Shown piece after piece: positions 18,558-29,111 of a DNA stretch of 64,000 nt. The stretch is taken from positions 59,846-123,845 of the forward strand of contig JAKQOW010000036.1 of NCBI GenBank assembly GCA_029565065.1. Direction: 5' to 3'. The notes beneath the pieces are model-generated. The model was not told the DNA's origin. It was given only the letters and a program-made list of their open reading frames with translations, and did not search any database. Source of the stretch: Acidobacteriota bacterium (GTDB lineage: Bacteria > Acidobacteriota > JAAYUB01). Positions within the stretch are counted from its first letter, which is position 1; the number at the start of each line of letters is the position of its first letter. Position numbers and translations under genes: made by a program.

Positions 18558-20372
18558 TCAGGGCCGGCCGCCGGCCGCGGGCGGGAACCGGACCGGCAGA
18601 CCTTTCCGTTCCAGGCACTCCCAGACATCGATGACGGAGATGTTGGCCGCCAGCACCTGGCGCAGGCAGTCTTCGGGAATCTTGCCGGTCAGTTGTTGCC
18701 GGATGGCTTCCCGCTGCGCGCCCTGGGCCGCCAGGCCCAGATTGTGGCTGAGGCGTTCGATCTTTTCGTCGTCCAGACCCTGGCTGATGGCGGCGGCCAG
18801 GCTGTCGGTCGACAGGCCGGTCTGGATCCAGAACCGGATCAGGTGGCCGGCGCGGTCCACCGCGTTCGGCTCCGGCCGGGAGCGGAAATCCTGCGGTCGG
18901 CAGGGCGTGAGGCGATGCGTGGCCGCGGCGGCCCGGGCCGATTCCGGACAATCGGTGAGGCCGGTGACGGCATCGTAGAATCGCAGGGCCCGGTCACGAT
19001 CGCCGGCGACATCCCAGAGCTGCCCCGCCAGGAGCAGGCCGTCGGCCCAGGCCGAGGCGGGCAGCGCCGCGCGGAGCGACTCCGGACGGTCGGCGAAGTC
19101 CCGGATCGCGGCCTGCGCGTCAGCTGGCCGGTTGGCGCCGGCCAGAACCCGGGCCAGCATGTGCCGGCCCAGGGGCGACAGGTCGGTGCGCGGCTCCAGC
19201 ATCCGCACCCCGTCGGCGTAGAGTCCGGGCGTCAGGATCTCGTCCCGGAAGTTCCCCCAGACCAAGATCTCGCTCACCGGGAGTTGCTTCAGCCCCGCCG
19301 CCCACCGGGACCACAGCTCCGCCAGCGGGGCGCCGAAACAGGCGGGAAAGTCCTTGTCGAGGCCCTGGCCGCGTTTCCAGAATTCCAGATACTTCTCCCA
19401 GCCGACCTGATCCACCAGAAACGCCGTGAAGGAGCACACCAGGTCGAACACCCACGGGTTGTTCCGGTAGCAGTCGATCCGCTCCAGCTCGGCCAGCGTC
19501 GGCAGGTCCCGGGCCTGGACGATTCGGGCGGCCGGCTGATGCCATCGCTCCGGCTGCTCCCGCCGGTTGAGGTATTCGGTGAGGCCTTCGGTGATCAGAA
19601 ACGACGGGTAGTTGCGCCGGTTGATCCGCCAGACCAGCAGGTGCATGAACTCGTGGCGCAGGCGGGCCTCCGGCCACCCGTGGATGACCTGCTCCTCGAG
19701 CAGGATGAAGGTGTGGGGGGCGTCGGGCTGCACACGGCGGAACAGGGCCTCGTCGGGATAATAGTAGAAGTGGATTTGAGGATTCTCCGGCAGTTTGTGT
19801 TCCCGGCAGAAGGATTGCACGAGGGCCGTGTACTCCCCCTGGAGGCGATACACCACCGGCTCGATGTCGGCCTGCTCCGGATAATGGAATACGATCTGGG
19901 GGGTCGGCCGACTCCGCCAGCCGGCGAGCTCCTTCTCCAGCGTAATCTTGGCGGACAGCTCCTCGATCTGGCGCAGTTGCGCCGCGGGCAGCCTCGGCAG
20001 CCGGCGCGCCTGGGCGAACCAGCGGAGCGCGGCCTGGTAGTTGCCGAACTGGTAGTCGATCAAACCCAGCATGGTGAACGTCCGGGCCATGACCGGCGCG
20101 GTGACGGCGCCCTGGAGGGATTGATTGAGAACCGTGTACGCCTGCATGTAGTCGCGTTTCTCGAACAGGACCATGCCCAGTGCGTAGTACGCCGCCGGGC
20201 CCGGCTCCCGTTCCGCCCACTGCGTGGCCAGCGCCTCCGCCTCCGCCAACCGGTGTTCCCGGATCAGCTGGATGATCTGGTCACTGGGGTTGTTACCAGC
20301 CTCCGCCTGTTGGGCTATGCCGGCGATGGCGAGAACCGCCACCAGTATTCCGATCCCGACCAGTCGCACCAT
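18558..20372 (-). CDS. Secreted TPR-like protein with HEXXH zinc-metallopeptidase-like motif
   Basis: Signal peptide MVRLVGIGILVAVLAIAGIAQQAEA from ATG complement 20370-20372; HEFMH (HExxH) motif; TPR-like repeats at both ends. Confidence 0.55.
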   Translation of the reverse strand: MVRLVGIGILVAVLAIAGIAQQAEAGNNPSDQIIQLIREHRLAEAEALATQWAEREPGPAAYYALGMVLFEKRDYMQAYTVLNQSLQGAVTAPVMARTFTMLGLIDYQFGNYQAALRWFAQARRLPRLPAAQLRQIEELSAKITLEKELAGWRSRPTPQIVFHYPEQADIEPVVYRLQGEYTALVQSFCREHKLPENPQIHFYYYPDEALFRRVQPDAPHTFILLEEQVIHGWPEARLRHEFMHLLVWRINRRNYPSFLITEGLTEYLNRREQPERWHQPAARIVQARDLPTLAELERIDCYRNNPWVFDLVCSFTAFLVDQVGWEKYLEFWKRGQGLDKDFPACFGAPLAELWSRWAAGLKQLPVSEILVWGNFRDEILTPGLYADGVRMLEPRTDLSPLGRHMLARVLAGANRPADAQAAIRDFADRPESLRAALPASAWADGLLLAGQLWDVAGDRDRALRFYDAVTGLTDCPESARAAAATHRLTPCRPQDFRSRPEPNAVDRAGHLIRFWIQTGLSTDSLAAAISQGLDDEKIERLSHNLGLAAQGAQREAIRQQLTGKIPEDCLRQVLAANISVIDVWECLERKGLPVRFPPAAGGRP

Positions 20373-20544
20373 GCGGCACCTCCATGATCTGAAAAGGTGG
20401 CAGTATAGCACAGGCCCGTCGGCTGCGGACGGGAGAGTTCGCCCGGGCCGGAGTCCGCGGCCGGCAGCAGTTGCCATTGATTTGTCGAAGCGGTTCCGTT
20501 AAAATGGCGCCAAATTTTTGAGGTTCTCGTCGCGAGCAACCCCC

Positions 20545-22005
20545 ATGAACGACACGAATAACGAGATCCTGAAGACCCAACAGAACGAGATCGAGAAATT
20601 TCTGCTCGATCCGCGGATCCAGCGCGTGGCCGGATTCCTCAGCCGCGGCAACGGCGATCGCCGGACGCTGTTCGAACGGATGATGTTTTCCTACGACAAT
20701 CAATCGGCGCCCCGGTCCGACCGGCTGCTGTTCTATCCCCTGCACACGGTGTTCGAACACTTCATCCGGACCCGCGGCGCCAACGCCGACATGGTGAAGT
20801 TCAAGCTGTTCCACCACCGGCCCACGCTGCGGGCGCTGGTGAACACGTTCCGCAGCATCCATGCTTACGGTCTGACCGTGCCGCAGAAATTCCAGATGCC
20901 CCTCATGATCGTCTGGAACTTCACCCAGGCCTGCAACCTGAAGTGCATCCATTGCTATCAGGATGCCTGCAGCCGACCGCTCCCCGACGAGCTGGATCTG
21001 GAGCAGAAGCTGAAGGTCGTGGACGAAATGGGCCGGGAGTACGTCCCTTTCCTGGCGCTGGCCGGCGGCGAGCCTTTGATGGGCCGGTACTTCTGGGAGG
21101 TGCTGGAGCGGTGCCGGCAGTGGGGAATCCACGTCACCATCGCCTCCAACGGCACGATGCTGACTCCGGACATGACCGCCCGGCTGGTGCAACACGGCGT
21201 CAAGTACGTCGAGGTCAGCCTGGACTCGGTGGATCCGGACAAACACGACGCATTTCGCGGCATACCCGGCGCCTGGCGCCGCGCTGTGGACGGCATCCGC
21301 ACCGCCGCCGCGACACCCGGACTGCGGGTGGGGCTGGCCGCCTGCATCTCCCGAATCAATCTCGATGAAGCCGACCGGATCATCCAACTGGCGGTGGACA
21401 TGGGCTGTTCCACCTTTGTGCACTTCAATTACATCCCGGTGGGACGCGGGGTGCGGAACGACATCCACGACCTGGACCCCGAACAGCGGGAACAGCTGCT
21501 CCAAATCCTGGAGCGCCGGCTGCAGCGGAAAGAGATCAGCATCATGAGCACGGCGCCGCAGTTCGGCCGGGCCTGCTTCATGTATGCCGACATGGAGAGC
21601 CGGATGGCGCTCGGCCATGCCGGTTCGGGCTCCGGGTCCAAAACCCGCGTTCTGGCCAAGTACATCGGCGGCTGCGGCTCGGCCCGGTGCTACTGTTCCC
21701 TGCAGCCCAACGGCGACGTCACGCCGTGCGTCTACATCCCCCACCGCGTGGTGGGCAACGTCAAGCACCAGAGCATCCGGGAGATCTGGCAGACCAATGT
21801 CTACTTCGAAAAGTTGACGGACCGGGAGCTCCTGGGCGACCACTGCGGCGTGTGCGAATTCCGTCCCGTGTGCGGCGGCTGCCGCGCCCGCGCGGACGCC
21901 TACACGGGCGATATTCTGGCCGGCGATCCGGGCTGCATCCTCAATGCCGATTTGTGGGAGCGGCTCAGCGCGGTGACACCCGAAAGCGCGTCCGCGGACC
22001 GGTGA
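20545..22005 (+). CDS. Radical SAM/SPASM-domain protein with ~120-aa N-terminal extension
   Basis: CNLKCIHC (CxxxCxxC) radical SAM cluster motif, GGEPLM; C-terminal Cys-rich SPASM region (CGSARCYC...CGVCEFRPVCGGC). Start uncertain (20518 or 20545). Confidence 0.8.
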   Translation: MNDTNNEILKTQQNEIEKFLLDPRIQRVAGFLSRGNGDRRTLFERMMFSYDNQSAPRSDRLLFYPLHTVFEHFIRTRGANADMVKFKLFHHRPTLRALVNTFRSIHAYGLTVPQKFQMPLMIVWNFTQACNLKCIHCYQDACSRPLPDELDLEQKLKVVDEMGREYVPFLALAGGEPLMGRYFWEVLERCRQWGIHVTIASNGTMLTPDMTARLVQHGVKYVEVSLDSVDPDKHDAFRGIPGAWRRAVDGIRTAAATPGLRVGLAACISRINLDEADRIIQLAVDMGCSTFVHFNYIPVGRGVRNDIHDLDPEQREQLLQILERRLQRKEISIMSTAPQFGRACFMYADMESRMALGHAGSGSGSKTRVLAKYIGGCGSARCYCSLQPNGDVTPCVYIPHRVVGNVKHQSIREIWQTNVYFEKLTDRELLGDHCGVCEFRPVCGGCRARADAYTGDILAGDPGCILNADLWERLSAVTPESASADR

Positions 22006-22100
22006 TCCGCCGGACCGTCGCGGGGTGATGCCCGCCGCCGGATGCTCCGGACCGGCCGCCGCCGATGGCGGCGGCACCTTGCCGGGGAGACAGCCCCAAC

Positions 22101-23150
22101 ATGATCGCAGCGGCGATGATCCTCGCGGCCGGCTACGCCACGCGGCTGCGTCCGCTCAGCAACGAGATTCCCAAGGCCTGCCTGCCGGTGCTCGGCCGGC
22201 CGCTGGTTCACCACCTGCTCGACTGGCTGGGCCGGTGGGGCGTGGAGGATGTGGCCGTCAACCTCCATCACCTGCCCGACGCGGTGCGCCGGGCGGTGGC
22301 CGCCTACGACGGTCGCCCCTTCCAGTTCCATTTTTCCGAGGAGCCGGGGCCGATCCTGCTCACCGCCGGCGCGCTGGCGCCGCTGCGCGACTGCTTCACC
22401 GGCCGCGGCACGTTCCTTCTGGTCAACGCGAAGATCGTCACCACGATCGACCTGGCCCCGGCGCTGGACGCCCACCGCGCCGGCGGCAGCCTGGCCACGA
22501 TGGTCCTGACGCCGAACCGGCGGCGCGATCCGTTCACCCACGTGCGACTGGACGCCGACGGCTGCATCGGCGGCTACGTGCCGTTCGCCGAGGCGGACGG
22601 GCGGGCGGATCCGCTCCTGGCGTTCACCGGCATCCATCTGCTGGAGCCGCGGGTGCTGGATTTCATCCCCGACGGCCGGCCCTTCGACACCATCCGGCAC
22701 CTTTACCCCGCGCTGGCGGCGGCCGGCCACCCGGTGCGCGGGTTCGTCGCGGAGGGCGACTGGCTGGAATTCTCCACTCCCGGCCGGTACCTGCGCAACA
22801 GCCTGGAGCTGCTCCGGGCAGGCGGGCTGGACAACTGGACCACCTGGAACGTGATGCTCGATCCGGCCGCCCGAGTGCGCGAGACCGTGTTCGGCGAACA
22901 CGTGGTCGTGGACGCCGGCGCCGCGGTGGCGCGCAGCCTGCTCCTGGGCCGCAACACCGTGAGCGCCGGGGCGACGGTGGAGGACTGCATCGTGACGCCG
23001 GGCGTGGACGTGCCGCCGGGCGCGTGGCGCTGCGCGCTGCTGGCCTACGGGACCGACCGGACGGCGGGGACGACGCTGGAGCTGACCGCGCATCCGCTCG
23101 AGGCGGCGGCCGGCCCGGGCGCCGAAGCCGGCGGTTCGTCCGAGGGTTGA
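22101..23150 (+). CDS. Sugar-phosphate nucleotidyltransferase-like protein with C-terminal left-handed beta-helix
   Basis: MILAAGYATRLRPLSNEIPKACLPVLGRPLV matches NTP_transferase glycine-rich loop; C-terminal hexapeptide-repeat-like region. Confidence 0.65.
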   Translation: MIAAAMILAAGYATRLRPLSNEIPKACLPVLGRPLVHHLLDWLGRWGVEDVAVNLHHLPDAVRRAVAAYDGRPFQFHFSEEPGPILLTAGALAPLRDCFTGRGTFLLVNAKIVTTIDLAPALDAHRAGGSLATMVLTPNRRRDPFTHVRLDADGCIGGYVPFAEADGRADPLLAFTGIHLLEPRVLDFIPDGRPFDTIRHLYPALAAAGHPVRGFVAEGDWLEFSTPGRYLRNSLELLRAGGLDNWTTWNVMLDPAARVRETVFGEHVVVDAGAAVARSLLLGRNTVSAGATVEDCIVTPGVDVPPGAWRCALLAYGTDRTAGTTLELTAHPLEAAAGPGAEAGGSSEG

Positions 23151-23223
23151 GTGGAACCGCTGCCGGCGCCGGAACAACTTGTTTTGGGAGGTTGATTTCG
23201 CTGTGAGAGGCCGCGCGCTGTGG

Positions 23224-24276
23224 ATGCTCGCCGCCTGGCTGCTGGCGCTGACCGCCTGGGCGACCGGCCAGGCGGTTCGCGTCAAGATGAAGAACGGGGA
23301 TGTGCTCTCCGGCACGCTTGTGGCGCTGGACGGCTCGCGGGTGGCGCTCCGGACCGACTACGCCCCGTCGTTGGAATTGCCGCTGGAGCGGGTGGCCGAA
23401 GTGACGGGCAATGCCGCCGTCCAGCTGCAGCTTGACGACGACACCACGCTGCGGACCACGCTGACGGGCTGGGCGGACGGCGTGTTCCATCTGGCCAGCG
23501 GCGACCACACGTTCACCCTTGCCCCGACCCGGGTTCGGGGCATCGAGCTGGATCCGGCGGCCGCCGAACCAGCGACGGATCTCCGCGCGGTCGCCGTCCG
23601 GGTGGACGGGCTGGACGAAGTCCGGCCGAAGCGCTGGGGCGGCGCGGTCAATTTCGGCTATACCCTGGCGCGGGGCAACGCGTCATCCGACGATCTGTAC
23701 CTGCGGACCTCCGCGCGCTACGCTCGGCAGCGCGACACGTTTTCCGCCAGCGCCCATACGCTCTACGGCGTGCTGAACGAGGCCGCGTCACGGAACGAGG
23801 TGTACGGTTCGTTCCGGTATGACTACAAGCTGCCGAAACGGTATTTCGTGTTCGGCTCGGTGAGCGGGGAGTACGATGAAGTGGAAGGGATCGACCTGCG
23901 CCACACGTGGAACGCCGGCGTCGGTTACAGCCTGGTCGCCCGGCCGGCGCTGAGCCTGGACGTGGGCACCGGCGTCGGTTTTCTCCAGGAGGTCTACCCC
24001 AGCCTGTCCAACCGGAGCGACGGCAGCACCCTGCTCGAGGGACATCTGAACTGGAAGCTGAATGACCGCGTCGCGTTCACCCAGAACCTGCTGGTCATCC
24101 CATACCTGACCGGCGATTCGCGATACCGGACGATCCTGGACGCCACGCTGAACCTGACCGTGAATCGCATGTTCAAATTCAACATCGGCATGCTCAACCG
24201 GTACGATTCGCGACCGCTCCCCGACGTGGAGCACAACGATTTCACCATGTTCACGGGGGTCGGCTGGATCTTCTGA
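23224..24276 (+). CDS. DUF481-family outer membrane beta-barrel protein (YdiY-like)
   Basis: Signal peptide MLAAWLLALTAWATGQA; alternating amphipathic beta strands; C-terminal ...GVGWIF aromatic terminus typical of OMPs. Confidence 0.6.
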   Translation: MLAAWLLALTAWATGQAVRVKMKNGDVLSGTLVALDGSRVALRTDYAPSLELPLERVAEVTGNAAVQLQLDDDTTLRTTLTGWADGVFHLASGDHTFTLAPTRVRGIELDPAAAEPATDLRAVAVRVDGLDEVRPKRWGGAVNFGYTLARGNASSDDLYLRTSARYARQRDTFSASAHTLYGVLNEAASRNEVYGSFRYDYKLPKRYFVFGSVSGEYDEVEGIDLRHTWNAGVGYSLVARPALSLDVGTGVGFLQEVYPSLSNRSDGSTLLEGHLNWKLNDRVAFTQNLLVIPYLTGDSRYRTILDATLNLTVNRMFKFNIGMLNRYDSRPLPDVEHNDFTMFTGVGWIF

Positions 24277-24354
24277 CGGCGATCGGGTGCACCGTGGGCC
24301 GCGGTCCGGGACCGGGGCCGGCCGGAGCACCGCGCCGTCGGGCGGAGGGAACGG

Positions 24355-25116
24355 ATGACGCAGCCACCGCCGCTGTTCCGGCGCCAGCCGGACGCGTCAC
24401 CGCTGATCGGCGCCCACCGGGGCGCCCACGGCGGCGAGCGTCCCGAAAACACGGCGGCGGCCTTCCGGCGGGCGATCGAACTCGAGTGCGACCTCGTGGA
24501 GCTCGACGTCCGGCGGACCGCGGACGGCGAACTCCTCGTCTTCCATGACGCCGCCATCGGGGGACGAACGGTCGCGGCAATGACCGCGGCCGAAGCCCGC
24601 GGCGCCGCGGCGCGCCATGGCATCGACATTCCGACGCTGGACGAAGCGCTGGGCATCTGCGCCGGCCGGATCGTGGTGGACATCGAGATCAAGGACACGG
24701 TCGCGGCCGCCGCTGCAGCCGCGACGGCCGCCCGGCTGCTTCCGCCGGGCTCCTTTCTGCTTTCTTCGTTCTCCCTTCGGGCCCTGCGGATCGTGCGGCG
24801 AATGTTTCCCGCGCTGCCGCGAGGGTGGATCGTGGGACGCGCGGTCCCGGGCGGATGGCGAATGCTGGCGGGGCTGGCGACTGGACCGCTGGCCGGCCTG
24901 GCCGGCTGCCCGGCGTGCCTGATCCTCGACCACCGCCTGGCGGTCGCCGGCTCAGCCGGGGGCAGGGACGCCCCGGCGCTCCCCTGGCTGGCCTGGACGG
25001 TTAACGATCCGGCTGAAGCCGGCCGTTTGGCCGATCTCGGCGCCTGGGTGCTCATCACCGACGTCCCGGACACCCTGCTGGCGTGGCGCCGGGAGCGCCG
25101 GGGGGCGGGCCGCTAA
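24355..25116 (+). CDS. Glycerophosphodiester phosphodiesterase (GDPD family)
   Basis: IGAHRGAHGGERPENTAAAFRRAIELECDLVELDVRRTADGELLVFHD is the canonical GDPD active-site region. Confidence 0.8.
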   Translation: MTQPPPLFRRQPDASPLIGAHRGAHGGERPENTAAAFRRAIELECDLVELDVRRTADGELLVFHDAAIGGRTVAAMTAAEARGAAARHGIDIPTLDEALGICAGRIVVDIEIKDTVAAAAAAATAARLLPPGSFLLSSFSLRALRIVRRMFPALPRGWIVGRAVPGGWRMLAGLATGPLAGLAGCPACLILDHRLAVAGSAGGRDAPALPWLAWTVNDPAEAGRLADLGAWVLITDVPDTLLAWRRERRGAGR

Positions 25117-27722
25117 TTCCGCGGCACGGCCGACAGCAGCCGGGAATTGTTATCCAGGAACAGCTCGAACGCCACGACGGGTCCCGTGGCATCCAGGACC
25201 ACGTAGCCGCCCAGTTGCGGCCACGCCGCCGGGATGATGTTGCTGAGCAGCCCGAGGTAGCGGCTGTCAGCCTCCAGGTGAAGGACGTGCGTGCCGGTGA
25301 GCGTGCCGTCCTGACGGAAGATCCAGACGGTCGCGTCCACGGGGTAGGCGTTGAAATTGCACACGCTGATGCCGTTGAAGTACACCAGCGTCCCGTCGCC
25401 CACCGGGCCGTGCGCCACGTGGCTGAAAACAGCCTGCCGCGCGGGAGCGTTCTCCAGGGCCAGGCAGGATTCGAAGGCCGGCAGGGCGTTCAGCCCGTCG
25501 CCGAACACCACGTCGCCGAGGAGGCCGGCGCGATCGGACGTGATCTTCACGTTGCCGGTCACGTAGGTCGGCCGGGTGGCGGGATCCGGCAGGCTGAACG
25601 CCTGCCAGGCGGGGACGACGAGTTGCTGCCCGGCGGTGAGCGTGTAATTGGCTGAAGTGCTGGCGGTGTCGGCGTCGTCGGTGAAGGCGAGGGTCACCTG
25701 GGCCGTCTCCGCCGCCGTGTTGATCACGTGGAAGACGGTATCGTACGGATTGATGAACGCCGGCTGTTCCCCGCCGCTGGCCACGTGGGCGCTGTACAGC
25801 GTGTTCACTTTCGGATCCCACTGCAGCGGGACCGAGTGAACGGTGACGACTCCGCCCCCGGCGTTCAGGTGGCGGATCATGGCGAAACCAACCACGCCGT
25901 ACCCGTCGTCGGTGGTCCCCACGAGATAGCCGTCGGCCAGGTTCAGGAAGCTCTCGTTGCGGAAGAAGAGATCGTGCATCGTGCCCGTCAGCATGTGCCG
26001 GCCTTCCAGATCCGTCTCCATGAAGCCGATCTGCGTCCCGGTGGCGTTTCGGAGCGAGAGCTCCACGTGGATCGTGGCGTCGTACGGATTGAGGATGAAC
26101 AGCTCGGTCTGCACGGTGTAGACGCCGTCGTCGAAATGCTCCTGGACGTGGGTGACGGTATAGTCCTCGAACACGCCGTCGGTGGCGATCGTGCCGTCCA
26201 TGTAGTCGCCGGTCAGGTTGGTGTTCAGGAAGAACGCCCGGGCGGTGAGGCTGTTGCTGATCACCCGGAGCCAGCCGGTGTGGGTGCCGGCGGGCAGGCC
26301 GAGCTGGATGTCGCCGATGAAGGAGAACTGGGTCAGGGGCTCCATGAGCTGGGCGGCGCCGTTGTTGGTGCCGACGAGCAGCTCGCCGTCATTGTCATAA
26401 CCGAAGATCAGCAGGCTCTGCGAGCCGTTCACGGGATTGCTCACCCCGTAGCCGGTGAACTCGCCGGTGCCGGTGCGGAAGAACGGGAAGTCGATGATGG
26501 CGGGCGCCAGGCAGAAGATGGAGGTGCTGTCCTCGCCCAGGGCGCGGCCCACATTGAGTCCGGCCAGGAACTGCTCGTCGGGCGAGACGGCCAGGTCCTC
26601 CGGGGCCGGGCCGGTGTCGCGGAAGGAGTAGCCGCCGGTCAGGCAGTCGAAGATCATCAGCTCGTCGCTGCCCACCGAGTGGATCAGGCCCGTCCGGTTG
26701 TCCGACAGCACGGCGATGTTGTTGTATCCGTCGAAGTCGGCGAAGCCCAGGGCGTCGGTGATGGTGCGGAGGAGTTCCAGCGAGCCGGCGTCGATCACGT
26801 AGAGGCGGTTCAGCACGATCGACGACGCGACCAGGCGGGCGCCGTCGGGCGTGATGGCGATCCGGCTGAGGCTGGCATCCGGCGTGGCCTCGCCCGGGAT
26901 GTCCAGGTGCGGCTGGTTGGTGTAGTTGCCGATTTCGAAGGCGACCACGTTGTTGTACTGGGGATCGCAGACGAAGCCCCACCGGCTGTCGGGGGAGAAG
27001 ACGATGTTGTTGAGGCAAATGAAATCGGAGCCCGTGCGGTCGAAGTCGGCGTCCACCACCACGAAGGTGTGCTGGACGGCGAAAGTGGGCTCGTTGAACA
27101 GGTCGATGACGCTGATCTGGTCATCATCATTCCGCCCGTTGCAGAGCACGAACGCGCGCTGGCCGTCGGGGGAGACGTACGTCCGGGCGGGGCCGGTGCC
27201 CGTGTTGGCCCAGAGCGTCGCGTGATGCAGGTCGCCCGCCGCGGTGGTCACCCGGAACACGTAGATCTGGTTGACGGTGGTCCGGGCGTCGCAGACGAAG
27301 CCGAAGTTGCCGGTCGGGCTGAAGGCGATGTTGTTGTAGTAGGCGAAGTCGGTGAGGACCGGCGGTGTGTAGGTGGCGGTCTGGAAGTCGGCGAGGCGGA
27401 TGATGGTCACCGTGTTGCTGTCGATGTTCAGCACGCAGGCGTGCAGGCCGTCGGGAGTCAGGTAAATGCCGGCCGGCTCCTGGCCGGTGGCGATGTAGGC
27501 GAGGATGTTGTCGGTCCAGCGATAGGGATCGAAGACGATCACCCGCGAGTTCTGGGGATCGGTGATCAGCCCCAGCAGCCCGTCGGCCGTGAACACGGCG
27601 TTGTTGTAGAAGCCGAAATCCTCGTCGCCGGCGACGACTTCACCCATCAGGATTTGGGCCGCCGCCGTGGCGGTGAGACCGGCGATCAGGATCAGTCCGA
27701 TCAAGGCACGTTGACGGTTCAT
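25113..27722 (-). CDS. Large secreted beta-propeller repeat protein (YVTN/lactonase-like repeats)
   Basis: 869 aa, signal peptide; numerous repeated Y-x-S/T-PDG and NN[IV][AV] motifs consistent with multiple beta-propeller blades. Confidence 0.55.
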   Translation of the reverse strand: MNRQRALIGLILIAGLTATAAAQILMGEVVAGDEDFGFYNNAVFTADGLLGLITDPQNSRVIVFDPYRWTDNILAYIATGQEPAGIYLTPDGLHACVLNIDSNTVTIIRLADFQTATYTPPVLTDFAYYNNIAFSPTGNFGFVCDARTTVNQIYVFRVTTAAGDLHHATLWANTGTGPARTYVSPDGQRAFVLCNGRNDDDQISVIDLFNEPTFAVQHTFVVVDADFDRTGSDFICLNNIVFSPDSRWGFVCDPQYNNVVAFEIGNYTNQPHLDIPGEATPDASLSRIAITPDGARLVASSIVLNRLYVIDAGSLELLRTITDALGFADFDGYNNIAVLSDNRTGLIHSVGSDELMIFDCLTGGYSFRDTGPAPEDLAVSPDEQFLAGLNVGRALGEDSTSIFCLAPAIIDFPFFRTGTGEFTGYGVSNPVNGSQSLLIFGYDNDGELLVGTNNGAAQLMEPLTQFSFIGDIQLGLPAGTHTGWLRVISNSLTARAFFLNTNLTGDYMDGTIATDGVFEDYTVTHVQEHFDDGVYTVQTELFILNPYDATIHVELSLRNATGTQIGFMETDLEGRHMLTGTMHDLFFRNESFLNLADGYLVGTTDDGYGVVGFAMIRHLNAGGGVVTVHSVPLQWDPKVNTLYSAHVASGGEQPAFINPYDTVFHVINTAAETAQVTLAFTDDADTASTSANYTLTAGQQLVVPAWQAFSLPDPATRPTYVTGNVKITSDRAGLLGDVVFGDGLNALPAFESCLALENAPARQAVFSHVAHGPVGDGTLVYFNGISVCNFNAYPVDATVWIFRQDGTLTGTHVLHLEADSRYLGLLSNIIPAAWPQLGGYVVLDATGPVVAFELFLDNNSRLLSAVPRN

Positions 27723-27749
27723 GGCGCTGACCTCCCGGTTGTCTCGTCG

Positions 27750-29042
27750 TCAGGGATAAATCTTGTACAGCATGCGGGGGAAGGCGATGGTTTCCCGGAT
27801 GTGCTCCAGGCCGCACAGCCAGGCGACGCACCGCTCGATGCCCATGCCGAAGCCGCCGTGGGGGCAGGTGCCGTAGCGGCGCAGGTCCAGGTACCACTGG
27901 AACGCCGCCTCGGGCAGCCCGTGCTCGCGGATGCGCGCCTGCAGCTTGTCCAGGTCCGCCAGACGCTGGCCGCCGCCGATCACCTCGCCGTAGCCCTCGG
28001 GGGCCAGCACGTCCACGCAGAGGGCCTTGCCGGGATCGGCCGGGTCGGTCTCCATGTAGAAGGCCTTGACTGCGGCCGGGTAGCGGTGGACCATCACCGG
28101 GCGGTCGAATCCCTCGCTGACCAGGGTTTCGTCGGTGCCGCCGAAGTCGCCGCCGTAGACGAATTCGGTGCCCTTCCCCTCGAGCATCCTGGCGGCGTCG
28201 TCGTACGCCAGGCGGGGGAACGGCGCCCGGACGTTCTCCAGCTTGGATGTGTCGCGCTCCAGCACCTTGAGCTCCTCGCGGCGTGTGTCCAGGACGAAGG
28301 CGACGATGTGGCTGATGAAGTTCTCGGCCAGCTCCATCACGTCGTCGAGGGTGGCCCAGGCCATCTCCGGCTCGATCATCCAGAACTCCATCAGGTGGCG
28401 GCGGGTTTTCGATTTTTCGGCCCGGAAGGTGGGCCCGAAGCAGTACACCTTGCCGAACGCCATGGCCGTCGCCTCGTTGTAGAGCTGGCCGCTCTGGGTG
28501 AGATAAGCCTTGTCGTCGAAGTACTGCGTCTCGAACAGGGTGGTGGTGCCCTCGCAGGCGTTGGGCGTGAAGATGGGCGTATCCACCAGGGTGAAGCCGT
28601 TGGCGTCCAGGTAGTCGCGGCAGGCCTTGATGATGGCGTGGCGGATGCGGATCACCGCATGCTGGCGGCGGGAACGCAGCCAGAGGTGGCGGTTCTCCAT
28701 GAGGAACGCGGTTCCGTGCTCCTTTTTGGTGATGGGGTAGTCGGCGACCGCCTGGACCACCTCCAGGCCGGTGACGTCCATCTCGTGTCCGCCGGCGGCG
28801 CGGGCCTCGGCGCGGACGCGGCCGGTGACGATCAGGCTCGACTCCAGGCCGATCGCCTCGGCCTGCGCGAACACGTCCGGGGCGACGTTGTTCTTGGCCA
28901 TCACGCACTGCATGATGCCCGTGCCGTCACGCAGGATCAGGAACAGGATCTTGCCGCTGGAGCGACGGTTGTAGAGCCAGCCCTTGAGCGTGACCGTCTG
29001 GTCGACGAACCGGGCGGCGGTTTCGATGGTGAACGCGGACAT
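27750..29042 (-). CDS. asnS: Asparagine--tRNA ligase
   Basis: Class IIb aaRS: OB-fold N-domain; motif 2 [25 protein letters not shown]; motif 3 [14 protein letters not shown]; C-terminal ...AFPR typical of AsnRS. Confidence 0.8.
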   Translation of the reverse strand: MSAFTIETAARFVDQTVTLKGWLYNRRSSGKILFLILRDGTGIMQCVMAKNNVAPDVFAQAEAIGLESSLIVTGRVRAEARAAGGHEMDVTGLEVVQAVADYPITKKEHGTAFLMENRHLWLRSRRQHAVIRIRHAIIKACRDYLDANGFTLVDTPIFTPNACEGTTTLFETQYFDDKAYLTQSGQLYNEATAMAFGKVYCFGPTFRAEKSKTRRHLMEFWMIEPEMAWATLDDVMELAENFISHIVAFVLDTRREELKVLERDTSKLENVRAPFPRLAYDDAARMLEGKGTEFVYGGDFGGTDETLVSEGFDRPVMVHRYPAAVKAFYMETDPADPGKALCVDVLAPEGYGEVIGGGQRLADLDKLQARIREHGLPEAAFQWYLDLRRYGTCPHGGFGMGIERCVAWLCGLEHIRETIAFPRMLYKIYP

Positions 29043-29111
29043 GGTACCTCCGGCAGCGGGAGACGGATTTCACCGATGATAATCAAAGACGCGCCAAAAG
29101 ACAATGGCCGA

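Noticed and set aside
18693-22077. ORFs 18693..20387 (+), 19120..20220 (-), 20293..22077 (-)
   Set aside because: Alternative frames or antisense of the HEXXH-TPR gene and the radical SAM gene; Arg/Gly/Pro-rich artefacts.
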